From Anaerolineae bacterium (lineage in GTDB: Bacteria; Chloroflexota; Anaerolineae; B4-G1; DUEL01), in contig JAFGEI010000025.1 of assembly GCA_016931695.1 (NCBI GenBank), positions 7,266-71,265 on the forward strand: DNA of 64,000 nucleotides, written 5' to 3'. The position numbers were made by a program, and so were the translations under genes. This document shows positions 8,404 to 17,483 of this stretch, piece by piece. Below the pieces are notes generated by a model. That model worked only from the letters and a program-made list of their open reading frames with translations, did not search any database and was not told where the DNA came from. Each line of letters opens with the position of its first letter. The first letter of the stretch is position 1.

Positions 8404-8431
8404 TTGCTGTTTTTGGCAGTTGTGGTACAAT
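8404..8431 (+). promoter_or_regulatory. Promoter for cspA: -35 TTGCTG (8404-8409), 16-bp spacer, extended -10 TGgTACAAT (8423-8431)
   Basis: Followed by a roughly 115-nt 5' UTR before the GTG at 8548, typical of cold-shock mRNAs. Confidence 0.5.
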
Positions 8432-8547
8432 AGGCCAGTAGGTGAAGTGGGTTTTGGCTGCTAGAATGACTGCCCAGACTTGCGGAAACTGGGTGGTCTT
8501 TTTTATTTGCCTGACCGCTTCATAATCCATATAGGAGTATAGATAGA

Positions 8548-8757
8548 GTGACTGAAAGAGAAACCGGAACCGTCAAATGGTTCAACAACAGCAAGGGATA
8601 TGGCTTTATCGCCCGCGATAATGGAGGGGATGTGTTTGTCCACTTTTCTTCCATCGATAGCGATGGCTTTCGCGCGCTGGATGAAAACCAGCAAGTTGAA
8701 TTCGCCGTCGAACAAGGATCCAAGGGCTTGCAGGCTGTCCACGTAAGGCCGCTATAA
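8548..8757 (+). CDS. cspA: Cold-shock protein (CspA family)
   Basis: [30 protein letters not shown] carries the RNP1/RNP2 CSD motifs. Confidence 0.92.
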   Translation: MTERETGTVKWFNNSKGYGFIARDNGGDVFVHFSSIDSDGFRALDENQQVEFAVEQGSKGLQAVHVRPL

Positions 8758-8784
8758 CCAGGCCTCACCTCAACTGGAGGAAAT

Positions 8785-9072
8785 ATGACCAAGAAACTGT
8801 ATGTAGGAAATCTGAGCTACTCGACCACCAACGCGACGCTCTCTGAACTCTTTGGAGCTGTCGGAGAAGTCGAATCTGTCAACCTCATCACCGACCGCAT
8901 GACGGGCCAATCGAAGGGCTTTGCCTTTGTCGAAATGGCAGAACATTCCGCAGCCCTGGAGGCCATCGAGCAGCTCAACGGGAAAGAATTGGATGGCCGT
9001 TCGATCAAGGTCGCCGAAGCTCGCCCCCGGCAAGACAATCGTGGGGAAGGACAGCGCGGCCGCCGTTGGTAG
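8785..9072 (+). CDS. RRM-domain RNA-binding protein
   Basis: KLYVGNLSY (RNP2) and KGFAFVEM (RNP1) are present, with a Gly/Arg-rich tail. Confidence 0.88.
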   Translation: MTKKLYVGNLSYSTTNATLSELFGAVGEVESVNLITDRMTGQSKGFAFVEMAEHSAALEAIEQLNGKELDGRSIKVAEARPRQDNRGEGQRGRRW

Positions 9073-9150
9073 AATAACCGCAACGATCCGGAAATCGGCC
9101 TGGATGTTCCGCCCTGTGCGGAGCAAAACCAGATAACCGCCGAGCAGACT

Positions 9151-9187
9151 GTCGCGTGGCTTTTCCGCATGCCACGCGACTTTTTTT
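9151..9187 (+). terminator. Rho-independent terminator after the RRM gene
   Basis: Perfect 10-bp inverted repeat GTCGCGTGGC...GCCACGCGAC with a 10-nt loop, then TTTTTTT. Confidence 0.75.
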
Positions 9188-9255
9188 GCCGTGCCCTTGG
9201 AAGTGCTTTCCCGGCCAACAGACACGGCCGGTTGGCATGCATTCAGCGGCAAACG

Positions 9256-9264
9256 TGCTATAAT
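9256..9264 (+). promoter_or_regulatory. Extended -10 TGcTATAAT driving a leaderless transcript of the zinc-ribbon operon
   Basis: The -10 ends at 9264 and the ATG is at 9273 with no SD in between. The predicted TSS is 1-2 nt before the ATG. Confidence 0.55.
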
Positions 9265-9272
9265 AGTGCCCC

Positions 9273-10079
9273 ATGGACAAACCAGTCTCCGTTCAGCAGT
9301 TCAAATGCACCCAGTGCGGCGGAGAGCTGCATCCCGACGAAGGGCAGCGGTTTGTCACCTGCCCCTATTGCAGCTCCACCGTCTACCTCGACAAGTCCTG
9401 CGTCGTTTTTCACTGGTACCTGGCCCCCACGCTCGACGAGGGCAAAGCGCGGGCAGCTCTTGCGCGCTGGATGGCCGGCAACGAAACGGTCAAAGACCTG
9501 GACAAGAAATCCCGCGTCGTCGCGGTCACATTCCAATACTTTCCCATCTGGTACTTGAAGCAGCGCCGGGAAGGGCGGGAGAACATTTTCCTGGAACTTG
9601 CAGCCGCGACCTCGGTGAGCGAACTCAAGCGCCTCCATCTTCCCGCTGGCGACTTGCGGCGCTACGACCCGGTGCTGGATGCGACGGCGCAGCCGCCGAC
9701 GGTCCCCCTGCAGGCGGCGCTGGACTGGCTGGCAGAACGAAACGTCGATGCGGCCGAGATCGTCGAGAGCGCATTGGTGCACGTCCCACTGTATGCTTTC
9801 AAGTACCAATACGACGACCAGCGGTATACCGCCGTCGTCGAGGGCGCGACGGGCAGGGTGTTTGCCAATATCTATCCGGCCAAGGCCGAAGCGCCGTACC
9901 TGTTCGTGGGCGGGCTGACCGCCGCGGTCTTTTTCTGCCTGGCGACCTTGCCCGTCGCCGGGGCGTTGATCGAGGGCGGAGAGGGGCTGGGAATCGGCCT
10001 GCTGCTCCTGCTGGCATTGGGAGTCCCGGCTGCGCTGCTGCTGCTTGGGCTGGCAGCCTGGGTGGCCTCGAGAGTATGA
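9273..10079 (+). CDS. Zinc-ribbon membrane protein, paralog 1 (uncharacterised family)
   Basis: N-terminal CTQCGGELHPDEGQRFVTCPYC, a soluble middle domain and two C-terminal TM helices. The stop overlaps the next start (ATGA). Confidence 0.7.
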   Translation: MDKPVSVQQFKCTQCGGELHPDEGQRFVTCPYCSSTVYLDKSCVVFHWYLAPTLDEGKARAALARWMAGNETVKDLDKKSRVVAVTFQYFPIWYLKQRREGRENIFLELAAATSVSELKRLHLPAGDLRRYDPVLDATAQPPTVPLQAALDWLAERNVDAAEIVESALVHVPLYAFKYQYDDQRYTAVVEGATGRVFANIYPAKAEAPYLFVGGLTAAVFFCLATLPVAGALIEGGEGLGIGLLLLLALGVPAALLLLGLAAWVASRV

Positions 10080-11110
10080 GCGAGAAAAAAGCACTGCACG
10101 GCCTGGGATGTCCCCAATGCGGGGGCATTATCTCCATCCCCGAGGGGCAGATCGTGGTCCAGTGCCCCTACTGCGACTTGTGTTCGCTGGTGCAAGGGGA
10201 GCGAGGTCTGCGGCGCTACCAGGTCGCCCGCCGTGTCGACCGCAGCCAGGCGCTGGCGCAGCTCGAGAGCTTTTTCTCCCGCAGCGCGGTGGCGCGGGAC
10301 GTCGCCCGGCGGGCGCAGCTGGAGCAAGTCTTGCTGGTCCATCTTCCATTCTGGGCGGTCTGGGCGCGGGTGCTGGGTTGGATTTTCGGTCAGAAGCGCG
10401 TTCAACAAGGAAAGAACGTCCGCTACGACCCCCGCGAGGTCAAGGTCGCCGAGATGATGGTCTGGAGCGGCGCCGCTTGTGACGTGGGTGAGTTCGGCGT
10501 CGAGCAAATTCCCTTGAAGGGGAAAGCGGTCGAACCCTTTGCCGCCGACGCACTCCACGCCAGCGGCCTGGTCTTTGAGCCTACCGGTTCCGTCAGCGAC
10601 GCCGAGGCAGCGGCAAAGGTGGATTTCGAGACCCGCGTCCGCGATCTGGCGGGCCTTGACCGGATCGGGCAGGTCTTTGTCCGCCTCGTCCGCCAGCGGA
10701 TGGGACTGGTCTATTACCCGCTGTGGGTGGTCCGCTACCTTTACCGCGAGCGGGCCTTCCAGCTCGTGGTGGATGGCGCCTCGGGCGAGATATTGTACGG
10801 CAAGGCGCCCGGCAGCACGCTCTACCGGGCGGCGGTGCTGGTGGGCGGGATGGCCCTGGGAGCGCTGCTGATAGTCGATGGCGCAGCCCTCGCCTTTTAC
10901 CTGGCGACGCGGATGGACGACGACGGCGTGGCCGGGTTGATCGTCGGCGGGATTGCGGCCATTGGCTTTGGCGCCGCCTTGATGGCCCGGGCATACAAAA
11001 AGTTCCGCTACGGCGAGCAGTACGAGTACCGGGGTTTCGAAAAGCGGAAACAGCGCCGGCGCCAGAGCAAGGAAGGCGCCGTCCTGCGCGCGCGGGAGGA
11101 GGAGGGATGA
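10076..11110 (+). CDS. Zinc-ribbon membrane protein, paralog 2 (uncharacterised family)
   Basis: The ORF track frame 9191..11110 is open. The real start is taken at ATG 10076 (MSEKKALHGLGCPQCGGIISIPEGQIVVQCPYC). It shares the Y.Y..R...VVDGASG motif and C-terminal TM helices with paralog 1. The stop overlaps the next start (ATGA). Confidence 0.7.
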   Translation: MSEKKALHGLGCPQCGGIISIPEGQIVVQCPYCDLCSLVQGERGLRRYQVARRVDRSQALAQLESFFSRSAVARDVARRAQLEQVLLVHLPFWAVWARVLGWIFGQKRVQQGKNVRYDPREVKVAEMMVWSGAACDVGEFGVEQIPLKGKAVEPFAADALHASGLVFEPTGSVSDAEAAAKVDFETRVRDLAGLDRIGQVFVRLVRQRMGLVYYPLWVVRYLYRERAFQLVVDGASGEILYGKAPGSTLYRAAVLVGGMALGALLIVDGAALAFYLATRMDDDGVAGLIVGGIAAIGFGAALMARAYKKFRYGEQYEYRGFEKRKQRRRQSKEGAVLRAREEEG

Positions 11111-11646
11111 CCGCGCCGGTGCAACTGATCCCCCTGCGCTGCCTGCGCTGCGAGACGCCGCTCCCCGCCCAGCCGGACGAGGTCGCCTGGGTCTGCCAGC
11201 AGTGCGGGCAGGGCCTGCTGCTGGACGAAGAGGCGGGACTGGTCCCGCTGGCGGTCCACTTTGCGGCCAACGTCCCAGGTACCGCTGGCCGTCCCTTCTG
11301 GGTTGCCAAGGGCCAGGTCGGCTTGCAGCGCCAGACCTATCACGGCTCCTCCAGGGCAAAGCAAGAAGCGGCTGCAATGTGGGATCGCCGGCAGCGCTTT
11401 TTTGTGCCCGCTTTTTCCTGCCCCCTGGACGTGCTGGTCGACGTGGGGGCGCGGATGCTGCTGAACCCGCCCGACCTGCAGCCCGGCGAGCCGGTGCCGT
11501 TCGCCCCGGTGACCCTCTCCCCCCTCGACGTCCGCCCGGTGGCCGAGTTCATCGTCATGGCCGTCGAGGCGGAACGAAAGGACAAGCTGAAGGCACTCCA
11601 TTTTGTCGTCGAGATGGAGCAGCCCGAGCTGTGGATACTCCCCTAG
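11107..11646 (+). CDS. Zinc-ribbon protein, paralog 3 (soluble; uncharacterised family)
   Basis: Start at ATG 11107 (MTAPVQLIPLRCLRCETPLPAQPDEVAWVCQQCGQ). It shares the P-F-W aromatic segment with paralogs 1 and 2. No TM helix is present. Confidence 0.65.
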   Translation: MTAPVQLIPLRCLRCETPLPAQPDEVAWVCQQCGQGLLLDEEAGLVPLAVHFAANVPGTAGRPFWVAKGQVGLQRQTYHGSSRAKQEAAAMWDRRQRFFVPAFSCPLDVLVDVGARMLLNPPDLQPGEPVPFAPVTLSPLDVRPVAEFIVMAVEAERKDKLKALHFVVEMEQPELWILP

Positions 11647-11685
11647 AACACAGCGGCCACGACAGGAACGGAGCAAGGTGAGCCG

Positions 11686-13047
11686 TCACGGGTAGACGGC
11701 GATTTGGGCGAATCCGGCCATCGTCGTGTCGATGGTCCGCTGGGCGCCGCTGATCTCGCCGACCCGAATCTCGTACGTTCCCCGCCCGCCGACGACGTAG
11801 GCAAAAGCCCGGTCGTCGATCCAGTTCACCGACTCGACCCGCGCCGCTTCCGCCGGGGGCACCAGCCGCTGCGGCGGCTGGCCGATCTCGCCCAGGTAGA
11901 CCTCGCCCGGCGCGTTCTGCCAGAACAGAAAGTGACGGCTGTCGGGATGCCAGCTCAAGAATTCGAGCGCACCGCTGGCATAGACCACGGCGCGAGCGCC
12001 GTCCCCGTCGGCGATGAACAGGTCGCGCGCGGCAGCCGCTCTCTCCTCGGCGGCGAGCGTGTAGGCGATGTGCGCCCGGTCGGGCGACCAGAAATCGTCA
12101 TCCATGGTGGCAGAGAGGAACTGTCCCGCGAGCGTATTGAGGCGTTGCGCTTCGCCGCGGCGGGGGATGCGCCACAGGTCGGCCGTCGCGCCCGGCGCGA
12201 AGGGATCGGAGGAAGAGATGGCGGCCAGTCCGTAGGCGCCGTCGGGGGACCACACCGGCGCCGGTTGGTAGGCGTACTCGCTGGCGGTGTTGACGAAATC
12301 GAACGAGACGATCGGCCCCCATTCCCCTCGCGCCAGGTTCCACACGGCCACCGCCGTGGGACTGCTGATCAGCATGTCGGCGCCGTCGGGGGAAAAGCTA
12401 AAGTTGCCGCCCTCCCCGTCCTGCAGGAGCTGAACCGGCTCCCGCGCCGCCAGGTCGATCCGCCACAGGTCCTGGTTGTGCATCAGCCCGTAGCCGATCA
12501 TCAGGTGGGTGTTGAACGCGACCGCCTGGCTGTCGGGGAACCACATCGCCTGGAGAGGCAGCCGGTCGATGGGTGCTGCCGCGTCCCCCCCCGCCGGCAC
12601 GCCGGTCTCTCCCGGCAGGTCCTCTGGCCCCACCAGGTGCCGCTCCCCGCTCCCGTCCGTTCCCACGACGCGCAGCTCGAGGCGCGGCAGGTCGGACGGG
12701 CCAGGCGCCAGCTGGCGGCGAAAGAGCACCCACGCGCCGTCCGGCGAGATCAAGGGATCGCTGTCCGCCCCGGCCGTCAGCTGGCGGGGCAGGGCCTGTT
12801 CCTCAAGCAGCGCAATCCAGAGCCCGCCGTCGCCGGTGTAGACGACGAACGACCCGTGCCCGGCCGCCGGTGACGGCGTCGGCAGTGGCGCTGGTGTCGG
12901 GCTCGACTCTGGCGGCAGAGCTGTCGGAGGTAGGGTCGTCGGGGACACCGGCGGCGGCTCGGCGGTGGGGATGGGAAACCCGCACGCCAGCGACAAGAGA
13001 ACCAACGCCAGCACGGCCAACAAAAAAGCCTGTCGATTCCGCATCAT
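11686..13047 (-). CDS. TolB-like beta-propeller lipoprotein (PD40 repeats)
   Basis: The signal peptide has lipobox LSLAC. Repeated SPDG(A/W/Y) blades are present (SPDGAWVLF, SPDGADMLIS, SPDGAYGLA, SPDRAHIAY). The start at MMRNRQ follows RBS GAGGTGA. Confidence 0.8.
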   Translation of the reverse strand: MMRNRQAFLLAVLALVLLSLACGFPIPTAEPPPVSPTTLPPTALPPESSPTPAPLPTPSPAAGHGSFVVYTGDGGLWIALLEEQALPRQLTAGADSDPLISPDGAWVLFRRQLAPGPSDLPRLELRVVGTDGSGERHLVGPEDLPGETGVPAGGDAAAPIDRLPLQAMWFPDSQAVAFNTHLMIGYGLMHNQDLWRIDLAAREPVQLLQDGEGGNFSFSPDGADMLISSPTAVAVWNLARGEWGPIVSFDFVNTASEYAYQPAPVWSPDGAYGLAAISSSDPFAPGATADLWRIPRRGEAQRLNTLAGQFLSATMDDDFWSPDRAHIAYTLAAEERAAAARDLFIADGDGARAVVYASGALEFLSWHPDSRHFLFWQNAPGEVYLGEIGQPPQRLVPPAEAARVESVNWIDDRAFAYVVGGRGTYEIRVGEISGAQRTIDTTMAGFAQIAVYP

Positions 13048-13129
13048 CTCATCACCTCGAGGGACAATCACTGCCTATCCCAAAGGTGTCTGGCACCTCT
13101 GGGCTTCCAATGAGCCATCGTCGCAGCAG

Positions 13130-16100
13130 TTACCTGCCTGCTGCGCTGCTTGCCCGGACCAGGGGCAGGAAAACCCGCCACGGCTCCAAGTTGATCCACG
13201 CTGCTCGCTCCCACGCCCCCCCAGCCCCGTCGTCGAGAAAAGCGACGCTGTAGAGCGGGGGATGGAGCGGCGCGCGGGGCAGGGTCAACTGGTAGGTGAC
13301 GGTTACCCGTTTCCCGACCGCCAGGGGCCCGCTCCAGCAGACTGCTCCTGGCAGGGGCTCTGCTGTCCCTCCTCCCAGCCAGGACAGGGTGTCCGTCAGC
13401 AAGATTGATTCGCCCGGCAACGAGATCACCGCCGTCGCCGACAGCGCGGCGCTCAAGCCGGCGTTCACCGCCTGCAGCGTGCAGGTGACCGTCCCACCGG
13501 GGCGGGCTGGCGAAGGGCTGCAGCCCAACCGCGACGGCGCCAGGTCCGGCGCGCCGACCCGCACCGCGGCCGCGCGCTGGAAGTGGATTCGCTGCTCCTC
13601 GATGCCCAGCGCGGCGACGTTGACGATGGGCGTGGCAGGGTCCAGCCCTTCCGCCACGGTGACGCAATAAGTTGCCGCCAGGGATTCTCCGGCAGCGAGC
13701 CCGCCCGACCAGGAAACCCGGCGCGTCGCCGGGTCGTAATTCAGCGGCGGGCCCAGGCTGCCGGGAACGAGGGCCAGGCTGAGCGGGATGGTGTTGGAAA
13801 GCGATGCCGTGATCGCCTCCGGCCCGTCGTTCGACAGGCGCAGGCTGTAGGTCAGCCCGCTTCCCGCAGCGACGACGGCGCGGTCGGCGGCAAAGGTCGA
13901 ACCGCCCATCCAGGACAGCCATCCCGTCACCTGGGACACGAGCTGCGGGCGCGCCTCCCGCGGCAGGGCTTCGAAGGGGAAGGGGAAAAAAACCGCCGCC
14001 TGCTGCCCCGCTCGCCGCGCCAGGCCCAGCCCGTGCCGCCGTTCGTCCCGCAGGAGGACGGCGGTGCCCGGCGTCGGCTCCACGCCGTCTGACCAGTTCG
14101 GGTAGGGATAATCCAGGAGCAAGTCCCCGTCGATGCCGACGACGGTCTCTTGCGGCGTCCTGCGCACCAGCGTCGGCGTCACGCCCTCGGTATACGTCAG
14201 CACGCCCAGGAATTCTTGGCCGAAGGGATCGAGGCCGTGCTCGTAGAGAAAATCCTGCGCCGAGAGAAAGAGCCTCCCCCCGCTCTCCAGGTAGGCCTGC
14301 AGGGTCGCCTCCTCGTCGGCGGTGATCGGCTGGTACCAGTCGTAGCCGGTCCACCAGACCACGACCGGGTACCAGCGCAGCACGTCGAGCGGCGGGCTGT
14401 GATCGCGGGAAGAGCCGAGGGCGGGGTGGGTCTGCCACAGGTCGTAGGGCAGGCCGGCCTCCTTTGCTGCCACCTGGTAGACCTTTTTCTGCTCGTACCA
14501 GCGGTCGTCGTCCACCAGCAGGATCGGGGCCGGCACCTTGGAGGTCAGCACCGCCGTCTGGCTGAGCGTGGGAGAGAGGGAGGATTGGGCGGTCAGGGTG
14601 ATCACGTCCAGGTCATTCCAGCCGGCGGTGATGGGCAGGGTGACGCTGACGACGACCGTACCAGAAGTGCAGGGCTCCAGGGTCAGGACGGCGGTGCTGA
14701 GCTGGGTGGGCCACGCATCGCCCGCCACGGCCAGGTGGATCGCATCGACCGGGCCGCCCTGGCCGACGTGCCGCAGCCGCAGGGCGTGGGTGACGACGGT
14801 CCCTGCTGCGCCGACCCGCGTCTGGGCCGGCGGCGTCATCTCCAGGCCGGCGGTGAGCGGGGCAGAGACCAGCCAGTCCAGGGCCCGCCCCATCACCGCG
14901 CGGCGGGCGCCCCGGTCGTCGATGCCCTCGAAGCCAAAGGAGAGGTAGACGACGCGATAGTCGAGACAGGTCCCGACCCGCACGCCGCCGAGGCCGTTTC
15001 CACGGTAGGCCAGCACTGGCGCGGCGGCGTCCGGGTCGGCCACGGCGACCACGTCGGGGAAGTGCTGGTTGTCGGCCCCGCCGGGGCCGGTGATGGTGAT
15101 GGCGATGCCGGCCATGATCTCGCCCGGCAGCCCCTCCAGGGTCCAGACGTTGCTGTTGTCCGCCTCCCAGGAGCATTTCAAATAGGCGCGGTAGTAGGGG
15201 GAAAAAGACCATCCGCCGTCCAGCAGGCCGACGTCCTGCCCGCTGAGCAACAACCGGCCTCCCCCGTCGAGGTAGCCGGTCACGGCGTCCGCCGCGCCGA
15301 TGAACCCCGGCGCGTCCCAGGGGGCGGACCAGACGACGGCGTCGTAGCGCAGCAGGTCCGCCGCGCCGGGCAGGTCCCCCGGCAGGCGGCGGATGGGCCA
15401 CTCGTCGTAGGCATAGGCCAGGTCGTCCAGCGCCGCGCGGTAGTAGGCGGCCTGGCTTTCGTAATACCAGCCGCCGCTGTCGACCAGGAGGAGGGTCGGG
15501 GCGGGGGGAAGGGCCAGGTCGATCACGGTTGTTTCCCCGGCTGTGACGACCGCCGTGGCAGTGACGACCCGGTAGCCCAGGCGCCGCGCCTGCACGGTAT
15601 AGACGCCGGCGGGCGGGGTAAAGGTGTAGGTCGCGCCGGTCGTTTCCAGGGGGGTGCCGAGCAGGGTGACGGTCGCGCTGAGCGGAGCGCCGCTGTCGGC
15701 GGCGGTGACGGCGCCGTGCAGGACGCCGCTCGGCAGGGGGGTCAGAAAGACGTTCTCCACCGTGGTCGCCCCGCTGATGACCTGAACGCCCCAGCAGGTC
15801 TCGGGTTGGTAGCCAAAGGCGGAAACGGCCAGGTCGTAGACGTCCGGGGCCAGCGCCAGCCGGTAGCCGCCCGCGTCGTCGGTGTGGGTCGTTCCGCCGC
15901 CCCCGCCGCCGTGCGGCGAGGCGGCGACCGTCGCCCCGCCAATGGGGGAGCCGCCGACCTGGCGCACCGTCCCGCTGACGTAGCCGGGCTGGGCCAGGGC
16001 GGCGACGGCAGCCAGGGCGTCGATGCGCCCCCAGCCGCTGTCGTTGTTGGGCACCACGTCGGTCAGGGGGACGGCGGTGCGGGTGATGATGGAGAGGGTG

Positions 16101-17416
16101 CGCGAGACCCCCAGCGTCGGGCTGACGGAGCGGAGCAATGCCGCCAGGCCGGTGACGTGGGGCGCCGCCATCGACGTGCCGTTGGCGGAGCCATAGACGC
16201 CGCCGGGCAGGCTGGAGACGACGTGCACCCCCGGCGCGACGATGTGGGGGCGAACCTGGCCCCACGGCGAAGGGCCGCGGCTGGAAAAGCTCGCCACCTC
16301 GTCGTACTCGTCGCTGGCCCCCACGGCGACCGACTCTGGCAGCGAGGCTGGCGAACCGACGCTGCCTTCCCCCGCGCCGTAATTGCCGCTGGCAAAGACG
16401 GGGAGCACCCCAATCGCTCGCAGTGCCTGCAGGTCAGGCTGAAAAGTCGTCAGTGCGCTGTTGGGACTGGACCAGGAGCAATTGACCACGTCGGGCGCGC
16501 GCTCGGGGTCGCCGCCCGGGGCCAGCAGCCACTGGAAACCGGCGTGAATCCAGGAATCGTAGGCATACCCTGCCCCGTTAAACACCTTGACCCCGATCCA
16601 CCGGGCACCGGGAGCGACGCCAATCCCTTCCCGGCCCACGGCGCTGCCCATCGTGTGTGTCCCGTGTCCATGATCGTCAATGGGGTAGAGCGAGCCATTG
16701 ATCGCGTCGTACCAGTTGCCGATGTGGTTGGGCGGGCCGTGGGGCGAAAAGCCGCGGTAGTTGGCCTGCAGGGCAGGGTGAAGCCAGTCGACGCCGGTGT
16801 CCATCCCCGCCACCACCGCGTTGGTGCCCGAAATGTGCAGGGCGGCCCAGACCTCGGGCGCGCCGATGCGGGCCACGTTCCACTCGGGGACGGCAAGCGG
16901 ACGGGCGGCTGCGCCCGGCTGGGGCGGGTCGGCAATCCACTGGCGGTAATGATCCAGCCGCACCAGGGCGACGTCGGGATGCGCGGCCAACAGCCGGACG
17001 GCGGCCGGGCGCGCCCGCACGGCAATCGCGTTGACGATCCAAAAAGGCGTGTAGGATTCGACCGCGCCCGCGGCCTGTTGCTGTTCCAGGCAAGCCCGCA
17101 ACGGCGCCTGGCTCTGTTCCGCCAGGGACTGCAGGCCGGCGACGAGGTGCGCGCGCACCTCTCCCGCCGCCGGAGCGGGCTGTTGGCGCAAAAAGAAAAT
17201 GACCGGCAGCATCTCCCCCGGCGCGGCGCCCGCCAGTGCGCGGAGCAGGGCGGGTTCGAGCGGCGCGGCGGGCAGCGGGCTGGTTGGCCGGGGCAGGGAC
17301 CCGCGCGCCATGGGAGAGGGAAGGGCCTTGGTGGGCGGCAGCCCTTCCGCTCCGGCGGGCAGCAGCAGGAGCGTGACCAGAACGACGGCCAAAAACCACG
17401 GCGCTATTTTCCGCAT
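13130..17416 (-). CDS. Very large secreted subtilisin-like (S8) serine protease with long C-terminal beta-rich domains
   Basis: The catalytic triad motifs are AGMDTGVD (Asp), HGHGTHTMGS (His) and GTSMAAPHVTGLAAL (Ser). The signal peptide is MRKIAPWFLAVVLVTLLLLPAGA. About 1000 aa follow the protease domain with Ig-like, CarboxypepD_reg-like and Gly-rich segments. Confidence 0.9.
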   Translation of the reverse strand: MRKIAPWFLAVVLVTLLLLPAGAEGLPPTKALPSPMARGSLPRPTSPLPAAPLEPALLRALAGAAPGEMLPVIFFLRQQPAPAAGEVRAHLVAGLQSLAEQSQAPLRACLEQQQAAGAVESYTPFWIVNAIAVRARPAAVRLLAAHPDVALVRLDHYRQWIADPPQPGAAARPLAVPEWNVARIGAPEVWAALHISGTNAVVAGMDTGVDWLHPALQANYRGFSPHGPPNHIGNWYDAINGSLYPIDDHGHGTHTMGSAVGREGIGVAPGARWIGVKVFNGAGYAYDSWIHAGFQWLLAPGGDPERAPDVVNCSWSSPNSALTTFQPDLQALRAIGVLPVFASGNYGAGEGSVGSPASLPESVAVGASDEYDEVASFSSRGPSPWGQVRPHIVAPGVHVVSSLPGGVYGSANGTSMAAPHVTGLAALLRSVSPTLGVSRTLSIITRTAVPLTDVVPNNDSGWGRIDALAAVAALAQPGYVSGTVRQVGGSPIGGATVAASPHGGGGGGTTHTDDAGGYRLALAPDVYDLAVSAFGYQPETCWGVQVISGATTVENVFLTPLPSGVLHGAVTAADSGAPLSATVTLLGTPLETTGATYTFTPPAGVYTVQARRLGYRVVTATAVVTAGETTVIDLALPPAPTLLLVDSGGWYYESQAAYYRAALDDLAYAYDEWPIRRLPGDLPGAADLLRYDAVVWSAPWDAPGFIGAADAVTGYLDGGGRLLLSGQDVGLLDGGWSFSPYYRAYLKCSWEADNSNVWTLEGLPGEIMAGIAITITGPGGADNQHFPDVVAVADPDAAAPVLAYRGNGLGGVRVGTCLDYRVVYLSFGFEGIDDRGARRAVMGRALDWLVSAPLTAGLEMTPPAQTRVGAAGTVVTHALRLRHVGQGGPVDAIHLAVAGDAWPTQLSTAVLTLEPCTSGTVVVSVTLPITAGWNDLDVITLTAQSSLSPTLSQTAVLTSKVPAPILLVDDDRWYEQKKVYQVAAKEAGLPYDLWQTHPALGSSRDHSPPLDVLRWYPVVVWWTGYDWYQPITADEEATLQAYLESGGRLFLSAQDFLYEHGLDPFGQEFLGVLTYTEGVTPTLVRRTPQETVVGIDGDLLLDYPYPNWSDGVEPTPGTAVLLRDERRHGLGLARRAGQQAAVFFPFPFEALPREARPQLVSQVTGWLSWMGGSTFAADRAVVAAGSGLTYSLRLSNDGPEAITASLSNTIPLSLALVPGSLGPPLNYDPATRRVSWSGGLAAGESLAATYCVTVAEGLDPATPIVNVAALGIEEQRIHFQRAAAVRVGAPDLAPSRLGCSPSPARPGGTVTCTLQAVNAGLSAALSATAVISLPGESILLTDTLSWLGGGTAEPLPGAVCWSGPLAVGKRVTVTYQLTLPRAPLHPPLYSVAFLDDGAGGAWERAAWINLEPWRVFLPLVRASSAAGR

Positions 17417-17422
17417 ACGTAC

Positions 17423-17431
17423 ATTATAGCA
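17423..17431 (-). promoter_or_regulatory. Extended -10 (TGcTATAAT on minus strand), 6 nt upstream of the S8 protease ATG (leaderless)
   Basis: Reverse complement of 17414-17431 reads TGCTATAATGTACGTATG. Confidence 0.5.
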
Positions 17432-17483
17432 CAGCGCGGCCCCCTGCCGCAACCAAACCGGGTTGCTGTTTTTCCCCCCTTTC

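Noticed and set aside
9872-11377. 501-aa minus-strand ORF spanning the zinc-ribbon operon
   Set aside because: Antisense shadow ORF (Pro/Arg/Gly-rich). The plus-strand genes have conserved Cys motifs and coupling.
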